Shown in pieces: positions 29,797 through 38,635 of a stretch of DNA of 39,611 nucleotides (within the stretch, counting starts at the first letter, position 1; each line of letters opens with the position of its first letter). The translations under genes were made by a program, and so were the position numbers. Origin of the DNA: Rickettsia typhi (lineage in GTDB: Bacteria; Pseudomonadota; Alphaproteobacteria; Rickettsiales; UBA1997); contig CAMCFD010000003.1 in NCBI GenBank assembly GCA_945874115.1, positions 1 through 39,611 of the forward strand, read 5' to 3'. A model generated the notes under the pieces. That model made no database searches. It saw only the letters and a program-made list of their open reading frames with translations, and was not told the DNA's origin.

Positions 29797-30639
29797 ATGA
29801 AGCAATATTTAAATTTCAACTATAACAAGATAAATAATTATAGTCTTAGCTCTCATTTTTCAACTATTTTCAAACAAATAGAGTTAATTTTTTTCATCGT
29901 TTTATCGATAATTTTTTTAGTTACGTCAAAAATTAATCGTGATTTCACTAACAATATTTCTTATTTTTTCGTCGATCTTTCCCTTCCGGTTGTAAAAGTC
30001 GCGGCTTTTCCTTTTAATCTTTTAATAAGCTTAACCACGAATTTTGAAGAGTTGGTTGACGCCAAAAAAGACAATCAAACTTTGAAGGAAGAAAATGAAA
30101 AAATGCGTTCATTATTAGTGAATTCGGTTAATGTTGAAAATGAAAATAAAGAATTAAAAGAGATTTTAAGTTTTGTTGCCGCTAAAAGCACAAGTTATCA
30201 AATGGCAAAAGTTAGAGGCAAAACTCACGGAATTTTTAATCAACAGCTTTTTTTAGAAACTCGCGAAGGCTCTGAAATAAAAGATGGAAGTGCTGTTATC
30301 AGTGGCATTGGCATGATTGGTCGCGCAGTTGATTCTTTGCAAAATAAAGCACGATTGTTGTTGTTGACTGACGCCAACTCTCACATTCCAATTATTGTTT
30401 CAAAAGCTAGAGCGCGAGGCATTTTAACCGGAAATGGCAGCAATTCAATGGAGATAAATTTCCTGCCGAAAGGTCACAATATCGAAGTTGGCGATTTAGT
30501 TTTTACGTCAAGTGATGGCGACAAGCTTCCTCCGGGGCTTTTGGTTGGGGTGATCAAAGAAGTTTCTGGCTCGACAGTTTCAGTTGAAATGGCTCAAGAT
30601 GCTGTTAATGCTGATGTGGTGACAATACTCGATTATTAA
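29797..30639 (+). CDS. mreC: Rod shape-determining protein MreC
   Basis: N-terminal TM, coiled coil (ENKELKEIL), GMIGR, LLTD..S.IP and VFTSSDG..LPPGLLVG motifs; follows mreB; alternative start at 29767. Confidence 0.94.
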   Translation: MKQYLNFNYNKINNYSLSSHFSTIFKQIELIFFIVLSIIFLVTSKINRDFTNNISYFFVDLSLPVVKVAAFPFNLLISLTTNFEELVDAKKDNQTLKEENEKMRSLLVNSVNVENENKELKEILSFVAAKSTSYQMAKVRGKTHGIFNQQLFLETREGSEIKDGSAVISGIGMIGRAVDSLQNKARLLLLTDANSHIPIIVSKARARGILTGNGSNSMEINFLPKGHNIEVGDLVFTSSDGDKLPPGLLVGVIKEVSGSTVSVEMAQDAVNADVVTILDY

Positions 30640-30683
30640 ATCTCTTTTCAAAGCGGCAAAATTTTGAATAATTGGAATCATAA

Positions 30684-30711
30684 TTGCTATTTAAAAAAAT
30701 TCTGCTATAAT
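30684..30711 (+). promoter_or_regulatory. Putative sigma70 promoter for purQ
   Basis: TTGCTA-N16-TATAAT with TGn. Confidence 0.55.
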
Positions 30712-30747
30712 TCTTAATATTATTTATTTAATAAAATTCATCAACAA

Positions 30748-31428
30748 ATGAAAGCGGCAGTAATCACTTTTCCGGCATCAAATTGCGATCGCGACGCCAT
30801 TACAACTTTGCAAAAATTCACGAGTAATGTGAAAAATATTTGGCATCAAGAAACTAAACTTGACAATGATTATGATTTAATCGTTTTGCCGGGTGGTTTT
30901 TCTTATGGCGATTATTTACGCAGCGGTGCGATGGCAAAAATTTCTCCGGTGATGCAAGAAGTTAAGCGCTTGGCTGATCGCGGCGTTAAAATTTTAGGAA
31001 TTTGCAACGGCTTCCAAATTTTGACCGAAAGCGGGCTTCTTCCAGGTGTGTTAATGCGCAACGTCACCATGAAATTTTCGTGCAAAGATGTTTATTTGCG
31101 CGTTGAAAATGTTGATAATGAATTCACGAAAGGTTATAAAAAAAATCAAGTGATTAAAGTTCCAATCGCGCATGCTGACGGCAATTATTTCGCCGATAAC
31201 GACACTTTGCAAATGCTTGAAGATAAAAACCGCATTGTTTTCCGCTATGTCGATAAAAATGGCAACGTCACTGACGACAGCAATCCGAACGGCTCTCTTC
31301 ATAATATAGCAGGAATTATCAACGAAACGGGCAATGTGCTTGGAATGATGCCTCACCCAGAAAGAGCTTCAGACTCTGATATTGGCGCAATTGACGGTTT
31401 TGCGATGTTTAAGGCTTTGTTAAAGTAG
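30748..31428 (+). CDS. purQ: Phosphoribosylformylglycinamidine synthase glutaminase subunit PurQ
   Basis: FPASNCDRD, LPGGFSYGDYLR, LGICNGFQIL, NPNGS and GMMPHPER motifs. Confidence 0.98.
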   Translation: MKAAVITFPASNCDRDAITTLQKFTSNVKNIWHQETKLDNDYDLIVLPGGFSYGDYLRSGAMAKISPVMQEVKRLADRGVKILGICNGFQILTESGLLPGVLMRNVTMKFSCKDVYLRVENVDNEFTKGYKKNQVIKVPIAHADGNYFADNDTLQMLEDKNRIVFRYVDKNGNVTDDSNPNGSLHNIAGIINETGNVLGMMPHPERASDSDIGAIDGFAMFKALLK

Positions 31429-31514
31429 AACAAAATCTGCGATTTTGTTCTAGGGGGCTCAACTTAAATCTTTGGTTTAAGTTGAATTGGATTCGAGGAA
31501 GCAAAGCTTCCTAC
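31425..31514. repeat. Triple-hairpin element with GTAG...CTAC ends (REPIN-like) overlapping the purQ stop
   Basis: Perfect stems at 31426-31452 (12 bp), 31459-31485 (10 bp) and 31496-31512 (7 bp); GTAG at 31425 and CTAC at 31511-31514. Confidence 0.6.
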
Positions 31515-31619
31515 CCTGTAAATTATGGTTTATGAGGTATTTATAACATTTCCCACTAATGATTAGCCAAAAAAAACGCATAGATCGCGCTAAAACCAAA
31601 AATAAATTCCAAAAAAAAC

Positions 31620-32414
31620 ATGAATATCTTACAAGAAATTTATCAACATAAATTAATTGAAGTTAGGGCGCGCAAAAAAATTTTGTCAACGCAAGAAATT
31701 TGTGCAAAAACTGATTGCAAGCGCCAAATTAAAGACTTCGCGGCGTCACTAAGAAACCAAATTTCGCAGCAAAAAAACGCTTTAATTTGTGAAGTGAAAA
31801 AAGCCTCGCCTTCAAAAGGCATAATTCGCGCCGATTTTCATGATGAAAAAGATGCGGTGAAATTTGCTAAAGCCTACGAAAAAGCAGGTGCGGCGTGTAT
31901 TTCAGTTTTGACTGATGAAAAATATTTTCAAGGCCACGATAAATATTTACAAGAAATTCGTGCAAACACAGATTTGGCGCTTCTTCGCAAAGATTTTATA
32001 GTTGATGAATATCAAATTTATGAGTCAAAAATGTTAGGCGCCGATTGCATTTTATTAATCGTTGCGATGCTTGACGACGAAACTCTCAAGAACCTCGAAA
32101 ATAAAGCGTTTGATGCGGGTTTGTCAGTGTTGATAGAAGTTCATAATCAAGAAGAATTAAGTCGCGCTTTAAGCCTAAAAAGCCCGTTAATTGGCATAAA
32201 TAATCGCAATTTGGCGAATTTTAAAACCGACATCAATATTTCGATCGAGCTTGCGAAACAAATTTCGCAAGATAAAATTATTATCGCCGAAAGCGCAATT
32301 TCAACTCGCGCCGACATCGATTTATTAAGCGCGCACGGCATAAATTGCTTTTTGATCGGTGAACATTTTATGCGTCAAAACGATGTTGAAAAAGCAGTAA
32401 AAGAGTTTTTGTAG
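31620..32414 (+). CDS. trpC: Indole-3-glycerol phosphate synthase
   Basis: EVKKASPSKGII, ISVLTD..YFQG, LRKDFI, GADCILLI, EVHN, GINNRNL and LIGE motifs. Confidence 0.98.
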   Translation: MNILQEIYQHKLIEVRARKKILSTQEICAKTDCKRQIKDFAASLRNQISQQKNALICEVKKASPSKGIIRADFHDEKDAVKFAKAYEKAGAACISVLTDEKYFQGHDKYLQEIRANTDLALLRKDFIVDEYQIYESKMLGADCILLIVAMLDDETLKNLENKAFDAGLSVLIEVHNQEELSRALSLKSPLIGINNRNLANFKTDINISIELAKQISQDKIIIAESAISTRADIDLLSAHGINCFLIGEHFMRQNDVEKAVKEFL

Positions 32415-32574
32415 AATATATTTTTGGTCTAAAATTCCAAAAAACCTTTTACGTATGATGATGTAGGCGACTTTTTTAAATTTAATCCTCAAAAATATTT
32501 TGCTTAAAATGCTGATTTTGAAGTTAAATTGGTATAATTTGCATTTTTCACATCGCGATTTATCCTAAACTTCC

Positions 32575-32602
32575 TTGCCTTTTTCAAAGAATGCGCTATA
32601 AT
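32575..32602 (+). promoter_or_regulatory. Putative sigma70 promoter for der
   Basis: TTGCCT-N16-TATAAT. Confidence 0.5.
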
Positions 32603-32635
32603 GGCTTAAATATTGAATTCATTAAGTAAAAACAC

Positions 32636-33997
32636 ATGTTTAAAATCGCCATAATCGGCCGTCCTAATGTTGGAAAATCAACTTTTTTTAATAAGCTTGT
32701 TGGCAAAAAATTTGCCATAACTGACGATGTTGCGGGCGTCACGCGCGATCGCAAAGAATCTCCTGGAAGGCTTGGTGACATTGACTTCATGGCGATTGAC
32801 ACTGCTGGTCTTGAAAATGAAATAAAGGCCGATTCTCTTGAAGAAAAAATGGTCGAGCAAACTTATCTGGCCGTTGCGGACGCCGATTTGTGTCTTTTTG
32901 TCGTTGACGGCAAAGAAGGAGTTGTTAATAAAGATCATCATTTTGCTAAATGGTTGCGAAAAATCGGCAAAAAAGTTATTTTGGTCGCTAATAAATGCGA
33001 AAATAAAGCGGTTTTCGAAGAAAATTGGTCTCCTGAATATTATCAACTTGGTTTTGGTGCGCCAACTGGAGTTTCGGCTGAACACAAGCTTGGTTTTGGT
33101 GAATTATACGAAAAAATTTCTCCGGTTTTTGAAGAATATCAGAAAAATTTCAGCGAACTTGAGGTTGAAGATGACGAAAAGTCGAATTTGCAAGTTGCTA
33201 TAATTGGGCGTCCGAACGCAGGAAAATCAACGCTTCTTAACCGAATTATCGGTAGTGAACGAATGATTACTGGCGAACAGGCGGGAATTACGCGCGACTC
33301 AATCGCGGTTGATTTTATGCATAATGATCAAAAAATCCGCTTCATTGACACTGCGGGAATCAGAAAAAAATCTAACATCACGCAAAAACTTGAGAAAATG
33401 TCGAGCGAAGACAGTTTTCGCGCCCTTCGCTATGCGCAAGTTGCGGTGCTTTTATTCGACGCAAATTGTGTGATGGACAAACAAGACATGGCTCTTGCAG
33501 GCGAAGTATTGAAAGAAGGTCGCGCGCTGATTTTTGCGGTCAATAAAATCGACGAAGTTAAGGGTGATAAAGAAGTATTTTTGCGCCAAGTCAGAACGCA
33601 ATTGCAACAAATTTTCGCCGAAGTTGATGGCGCCGTTATCATCGGAATTTCGGCCAAAACCGGCTATAATGTTGATAAATTGCTGACTTACATTATGCAA
33701 ACTTATAATCAGTGGCAAATAAAAGTTCCGACTTCAAAGCTAAACAACTGGCTTGCGGGCGCTCTTTTGAGTCATTCACCAAAAATGTATAAAGGCAAAG
33801 AAACCAAGGTAAAATATATTACCCAAATCAAAACTCGTCCACCGACTTTCGCCGTTTTCACCAATCATTTAAAGGTTTTAGAAGGGGATTACAAACGTTA
33901 TTTGGCCAATTCTTTGCGTCAACATTTTGATTTAAATTTAACGCCGATTCGAATGTATGCTAGAAAATCGGATAATCCTTACGCCACGAAGAAATAG
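32636..33997 (+). CDS. der: Ribosome biogenesis GTPase Der (EngA)
   Basis: Two tandem G domains (GRPNVGKST, GRPNAGKST; DTAG twice) and KH-like C-terminus (RPPTF). Confidence 0.98.
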   Translation: MFKIAIIGRPNVGKSTFFNKLVGKKFAITDDVAGVTRDRKESPGRLGDIDFMAIDTAGLENEIKADSLEEKMVEQTYLAVADADLCLFVVDGKEGVVNKDHHFAKWLRKIGKKVILVANKCENKAVFEENWSPEYYQLGFGAPTGVSAEHKLGFGELYEKISPVFEEYQKNFSELEVEDDEKSNLQVAIIGRPNAGKSTLLNRIIGSERMITGEQAGITRDSIAVDFMHNDQKIRFIDTAGIRKKSNITQKLEKMSSEDSFRALRYAQVAVLLFDANCVMDKQDMALAGEVLKEGRALIFAVNKIDEVKGDKEVFLRQVRTQLQQIFAEVDGAVIIGISAKTGYNVDKLLTYIMQTYNQWQIKVPTSKLNNWLAGALLSHSPKMYKGKETKVKYITQIKTRPPTFAVFTNHLKVLEGDYKRYLANSLRQHFDLNLTPIRMYARKSDNPYATKK

Positions 33998-34001
33998 AGC
34001 C

Positions 34002-34304
34002 TTATTTTTTTCGTGGATCAATAATTCTGTCCATGTCGGTGCGCCTTGGAAATGGCGGATTCAAGCCCAAATCACGATATTCTTTTGCCCAGTCCTTATA
34101 AAATCTGCGCGAAACATAAAATACGGCGCAATCTCTGCAATTAATTTCAGTTCTGGTATATCGACATTTTGATTCATAGGCCAGATTTGCCAGATCTTTT
34201 GGGTAATAAATGTCAATAATATCGCGACATTTTAAGCTGGTGGTAAATACGCCAGCGTAGACTACGACGATAAAAAATCCTAATGCGCCAACAATGGTTT
34301 CCAT
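34002..34304 (-). CDS. Hypothetical small membrane-anchored Cys-containing protein
   Basis: N-terminal hydrophobic helix and four Cys; fills the der-xerC gap; AAAATT-ATG start context like other genes here; no family recognised. Confidence 0.5.
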   Translation of the reverse strand: METIVGALGFFIVVVYAGVFTTSLKCRDIIDIYYPKDLANLAYESKCRYTRTEINCRDCAVFYVSRRFYKDWAKEYRDLGLNPPFPRRTDMDRIIDPRKK

Positions 34305-34319
34305 AATTTTAATATTTTG

Positions 34320-34340
34320 AGCGGTTTTTTTACCGCTTTT
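34320..34340 (+). terminator. Possible plus-strand intrinsic terminator
   Basis: AGCGGT-T6-ACCGCT stem followed by TTT. Confidence 0.35.
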
Positions 34341-34461
34341 ACAAACGAAATTTTAGTGACTTTCATAATAAAATTTCCTAAAAACCTATGATGAAAATAA
34401 ATTCTCAAGCGGAATTTCAAGCTTAGATTCTGTCATTTTTATCGATAAAATGCAAATAAAA

Positions 34462-35400
34462 TTATCGTGGAGAGAATTTTTTATATTCGCTCAAAAGTCG
34501 ATTTTTGTCAACTTTGGTATAGCGTTGCGTCGTTGACAGGCTTGAGTGTCCGAGCAATTCTTGAATTGTGCGCAAATCGCCGCCAGCTTCAAGCAAATGT
34601 GTCGCAAATGAATGGCGAAAAGCATGCGGAGTTATGGTTTCGGACAAATTTAATTCGCGGCGAATTTCTTGCATTAAGCGACTGAAAACGCGCGCCAAAT
34701 AAGGCTTGCCATGATTTCCAACAAAAATTGCGTCATCATATTTAATTTCAAACGGACATAAGCCCAAATATTCATTAATTTTTGTTCGAACAATCTTCAA
34801 AATCGGCACCATTCTTTGTTTGCCGCCTTTTCCGTCGATTATTAAAACATCATTATTTGCGAGTGATTTTTTCGTCAAAGAGAGCGCTTCTGAAATGCGC
34901 AATCCACAGCCATAAATTAGTGTAAGAAGAGCCACGTCGCGCTTAATTTCCCACTCATTTTTATTTTTCGCGGCAATAGATGCCAAAATTTTTTCAATGT
35001 CAATTTCATCGACCGATTTTGGAATTGGTTTCGCGATTTTTGGCGTTTTTATTTTTTCGATTTCAATATTTTTGAGCAAATTATTTTTGTTCAAAAAGCG
35101 AAAAAAACTGCGCAAAGAGCTTAAAGCACGGGCATTTGAGGCATTTATGTGATTTTTTTGCAACTTTTCCATCAAATAGTGCCTAAAATCAGTGTTTTCT
35201 AAGCTTTCTAAGATTTTTATGTTAATTTTTCGTTCTTTTGCTTTAAAAAGAAAATTAAAGAAATATAATAAATCAGTATGGTAAGAAATTAAAGTGTGAT
35301 TTGAATATCTTTTTTCGACTTGTAAAAAAGTGATAAATTTTTCTAATAAACCTTTAATTTCTAGGTCGCAAATGTCAATAATTTCTAATTTTTGAAGCAT
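34462..35400 (-). CDS. xerC: Tyrosine recombinase, XerC-like
   Basis: SAM-like N-domain (YSNHTLISY..DL); catalytic residues in YGCGLRISE (R), GKGGKQR (K), TPHAFRHSFATHLL (HxxR), LLGH and TTQRYT (Y); ATG at 35400; xerC versus xerD assigned by motif resemblance only. Confidence 0.85.
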   Translation of the reverse strand: MLQKLEIIDICDLEIKGLLEKFITFLQVEKRYSNHTLISYHTDLLYFFNFLFKAKERKINIKILESLENTDFRHYLMEKLQKNHINASNARALSSLRSFFRFLNKNNLLKNIEIEKIKTPKIAKPIPKSVDEIDIEKILASIAAKNKNEWEIKRDVALLTLIYGCGLRISEALSLTKKSLANNDVLIIDGKGGKQRMVPILKIVRTKINEYLGLCPFEIKYDDAIFVGNHGKPYLARVFSRLMQEIRRELNLSETITPHAFRHSFATHLLEAGGDLRTIQELLGHSSLSTTQRYTKVDKNRLLSEYKKFSPR

Positions 35401-36183
35401 ATGTTTAGAATAATTCTCGCTATTTTCTTGGTTTCTTCGCTTAATTCTTACGCCAATTCTCCAAAATCGCAAGATATTTTATTGTGGAACAGTGAGCGAG
35501 GCATCAAGACCTTTGAAAACAGTGAATATAAACAAGATTTTTATCAGCTGGTTAATTTTTATCAACCGCAAGCAAACCCGTTTTATTGCGGAATTGCGAG
35601 TTCGGTGATAGTTTTAAATGCTTTTAAAAATGGCAAAATTGAAAGCCAGAAGGAAATTGAAGGAAAGATTCCGCAAAGCTTGGGCGGCGGCGTTTTAGAA
35701 TATAAATCTTATTCGCAATCAAACTTTTTAAATGCGAAAACCGATAAAATTAAATCAAAAGAAATTATCGAATTTAAAAAGCCAACAAGAATTGAAAATG
35801 GCAAAGAAATTTATGACGAGGGTCTTACTCTGGCAAACCTTAAAGACATTTTGACCAAAGTTCATAAATTGAAAGTAAAAGTTAATTATGCGACTAATAA
35901 TAATGAAAAATCGGTCGCAGAATTTCGCAAAAATCTCAAAAAATATTTACAAGATGACACTCATTTTGTGTTAGCAAATTTTGACGGAAGAGTCATTAAA
36001 ACCAACGGCGCTGGCCATATTTCGCCACTTGTTGCCTATGATGAATCTTCAGATTTAGTGATGGTTTTAGACGTTGCCGCGCATAAAAGAATGTGGTATT
36101 TTGTGTCGGTTGCAAAACTTTATGAAGCCATGAATACCAAAGACGGCGAAAGTTTCCGCGGATATTTAATTGTGTCGCAATAA
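35401..36183 (+). CDS. Phytochelatin synthase family protein (papain fold) with signal peptide
   Basis: Q...FYCGIASSVIVLNA (Cys), GHISPLVAYD (His) and VLDVA (Asp) triad, plus RGY near the C-terminus; signal-like MFRIILAIFLVSSLNSYA. Confidence 0.9.
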   Translation: MFRIILAIFLVSSLNSYANSPKSQDILLWNSERGIKTFENSEYKQDFYQLVNFYQPQANPFYCGIASSVIVLNAFKNGKIESQKEIEGKIPQSLGGGVLEYKSYSQSNFLNAKTDKIKSKEIIEFKKPTRIENGKEIYDEGLTLANLKDILTKVHKLKVKVNYATNNNEKSVAEFRKNLKKYLQDDTHFVLANFDGRVIKTNGAGHISPLVAYDESSDLVMVLDVAAHKRMWYFVSVAKLYEAMNTKDGESFRGYLIVSQ

Positions 36184-36279
36184 TTGCAAAAAAATCGGTA
36201 AAAATTATAAAATCCGCAAGAATTATAAAGGCGAAAGCTTTTTAATATCGGCTGCGAGAAAAATTAAAAAACACAAATT

Positions 36280-38622
36280 ATGATCGACGGTTTAAATGAT
36301 CCACAAAAAGAAGCTGTGCTACAGACACAAGGGCCGCTATTAGTTTTGGCGGGCGCTGGGACCGGAAAAACCAAAGTTTTAACTTCGCGAATTATTCACA
36401 TTATAAATTCGCATATGGCGTCGCCTCTTCAAATTTTGGCGGTGACTTTTACCAACAAAGCCGCGGCAGAAATGCGTCACAGAATTGGCGCGTCAATTGG
36501 CGAAAATGTCCATAATTTATGGATCGGAACTTTCCACTCAATTGCTGCGAAAATTACGCGTAGACACGCCGAAATTGTTGGTCTGAAAAATGATTTTACG
36601 ATTATCGACCAAGACGATCAGCTGCGTTTAATCAAACAAATTTTGGCCGATTTAAATGTTGACACTAAACAATTTCCGGCGAAAAATTATTTGAATAAAA
36701 TTTCGCACACCAAAGATGTAAAACTGGCGCCAGCGCCCACAAACAGCGCACCGACATCGTTTGTCAATCCTTTTTCTGACGCGGCTGACCAAGGTTTGCC
36801 GAAATTATCTTCGGTTTATTCGCTTTATCAAAGTCGCCTAAAGTCAATGAATGCGGCCGATTTCGGAGATTTACTCGCTTACAATCTCGAAATTTTTGCA
36901 CGCGCCCCCGAGGTTTTGTCATATTATCAAGACAAGTTCCGCTATATTTTGGTCGATGAATATCAAGACACGAATAATGTGCAATATCAATGGCTTCTAA
37001 AGCTGTCGGCGGTTCACCAAAATTTATGCGCGGTTGGTGATGACGATCAGTCAATCTATAGCTGGCGCGGCGCTAATATTGCCAATATTTTACGCTTCGA
37101 AAAAGATTTTAAAAACGCCAAAGTTATCAGGCTTGAACAAAATTATCGCAGCTCGCAAAACATTCTCGAAGCCGCAGACTCAGTGATCTCGAAGAATTCG
37201 CAGCGTCACGGAAAAACTTTGTGGACCGACAAAAAAGGCGGCGAAGAAGTTAAAATATATTCCTTCATCGATGACCGCGGAGAAGCCAGTTTCGCGGTTA
37301 AAACGGCGCTTAATTATCACCAGCGCCAAAAATATAAATTGTCGCAAATGGCGATTTTAGTGCGCGCCGGCTATCAAACTCGCGCCTTTGAGGAAGCGTT
37401 GATAAAATCGAATTTGCCCTACAAAATCATCGGCGGCATGAAGTTCTATGAGCGAATGGAGGTTAAAGACGCAATTTGTTATTTGCGCGTGGTTTGCAAT
37501 TTTAGCGACGATTTGGCGCTAAGCCGAATTATCAACACACCAAAGCGCGGCGTTGGCGACACCAGCATTAACGCGCTTTATCAGCGTGCGAAAAACGAAA
37601 ATATTTCGCTGTTTAATGCTATAAAAGAAGCTTTGGCGCAAGGTGAAGTTAAGGGAAAAGCGGCGTCAAGCCTGAGAATTTTGATCGAACAAATTGAAAG
37701 ATGGCGCGCGGCCCTTGAAAAAACAAGCCTTAGCGACATTGCGCGCTTAATTTTGACCGAAAGTGGTTATATTTCGATGTGGCAATCCGAGAACAGCCTT
37801 GAAGCGCAAGGGCGCATCGAAAACATAGACGAATTTGTCTCAAGTTTGGCCGATTTTGAAAACATCACCGAATTCCTTGAATATGTAAGCTTGGTCGAGG
37901 CTAAAGACGATAAAAATATCACCGACGCCATAAATGTTATGACTGTTCACGCCGCGAAAGGCCTTGAGTTTGACTTGATTTTTGTTCCCGGTCTTGAAGA
38001 TGGCGTGTTTCCAAGTGGAAGGTCGCTTGACGAGCGCGACGGCGCCGAAGAAGAGCGTCGATTATTTTATGTAGCCATGACGCGCGCCAAAAAAGAGTTA
38101 ATCTTGTGCTATGCCAAGACACGCTTCGTTTTCGGCGATTATCAACAATCAATGCCATCGCGATTTTTGAAGGAATTGCCAAAAGAAATAAAAGAAACCG
38201 AAGTCGGTTTTGACGACGGATTTTCAGGCGGCTTTAACGGCGGATACAGCAACGGTTCGCGCGCAAATTTCGCCTCGAATTCAAGCGAAAGTTTTGGTGC
38301 GAATTCATCTTCGTCAAAATTCGGCCAAACGCAAAGTCTTAAGCCTTCTTACAACAATTCTCAATTTGGCAATAAATCGCAATTTAACCCAAAATTTGCC
38401 CAAATTCAGCAAAAATTCGCCAATTTTGACGAAAAATCGACCAAAAATGACCTAATCGCCAAAAAAGCTTTTGACAAAAGCGATTCTTTGTTTGGAAAAA
38501 GAATGTTCCACCAAAAATTCGGCTATGGAAAGGTTGTCGGAATAGATGGTTCTAAGCTTGAAATCGAATTCGAAAAAGCCGGCAAAAAAACCGTGATGAA
38601 AGATTTTGTAAGCGCGGCGTAA
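36280..38622 (+). CDS. uvrD: UvrD/PcrA-family SF1 DNA helicase with C-terminal Tudor-like domain
   Basis: AGAGTGKT, TFTNKAA, VDEYQDTN, GDDDQSIYSWRGA, LEQNYRS, TVHAAKGLEF, EERRLFYVAMTRA and HQKFGYG motifs. Confidence 0.97.
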   Translation: MIDGLNDPQKEAVLQTQGPLLVLAGAGTGKTKVLTSRIIHIINSHMASPLQILAVTFTNKAAAEMRHRIGASIGENVHNLWIGTFHSIAAKITRRHAEIVGLKNDFTIIDQDDQLRLIKQILADLNVDTKQFPAKNYLNKISHTKDVKLAPAPTNSAPTSFVNPFSDAADQGLPKLSSVYSLYQSRLKSMNAADFGDLLAYNLEIFARAPEVLSYYQDKFRYILVDEYQDTNNVQYQWLLKLSAVHQNLCAVGDDDQSIYSWRGANIANILRFEKDFKNAKVIRLEQNYRSSQNILEAADSVISKNSQRHGKTLWTDKKGGEEVKIYSFIDDRGEASFAVKTALNYHQRQKYKLSQMAILVRAGYQTRAFEEALIKSNLPYKIIGGMKFYERMEVKDAICYLRVVCNFSDDLALSRIINTPKRGVGDTSINALYQRAKNENISLFNAIKEALAQGEVKGKAASSLRILIEQIERWRAALEKTSLSDIARLILTESGYISMWQSENSLEAQGRIENIDEFVSSLADFENITEFLEYVSLVEAKDDKNITDAINVMTVHAAKGLEFDLIFVPGLEDGVFPSGRSLDERDGAEEERRLFYVAMTRAKKELILCYAKTRFVFGDYQQSMPSRFLKELPKEIKETEVGFDDGFSGGFNGGYSNGSRANFASNSSESFGANSSSSKFGQTQSLKPSYNNSQFGNKSQFNPKFAQIQQKFANFDEKSTKNDLIAKKAFDKSDSLFGKRMFHQKFGYGKVVGIDGSKLEIEFEKAGKKTVMKDFVSAA

Positions 38623-38635
38623 AAGGCGTTTTAAA

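Noticed and set aside
31429-31619. Tryptophan attenuator upstream of trpC (hairpins plus two in-frame TGG codons at 31473 and 31488)
   Set aside because: The frame holding the Trp codons has no ATG, GTG or TTG between the preceding stop (31410-31412) and the first TGG, the codons are not adjacent, and no alternative terminator/antiterminator pairing is evident.
34462-35400. Tyrosine recombinase as a prophage or island integrase
   Set aside because: Size and motifs fit chromosomal XerC/XerD; no tRNA, att repeats, phage or conjugation genes nearby; no dif-like site found by eye.
35401-35472. Longer xerC N-terminus (TTG start at 35472) overlapping the PCS-like gene
   Set aside because: The extension MRFWRIGVRIKRR... 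is antisense to the PCS signal peptide and would be atypical for XerC; ATG at 35400 fits the family length.
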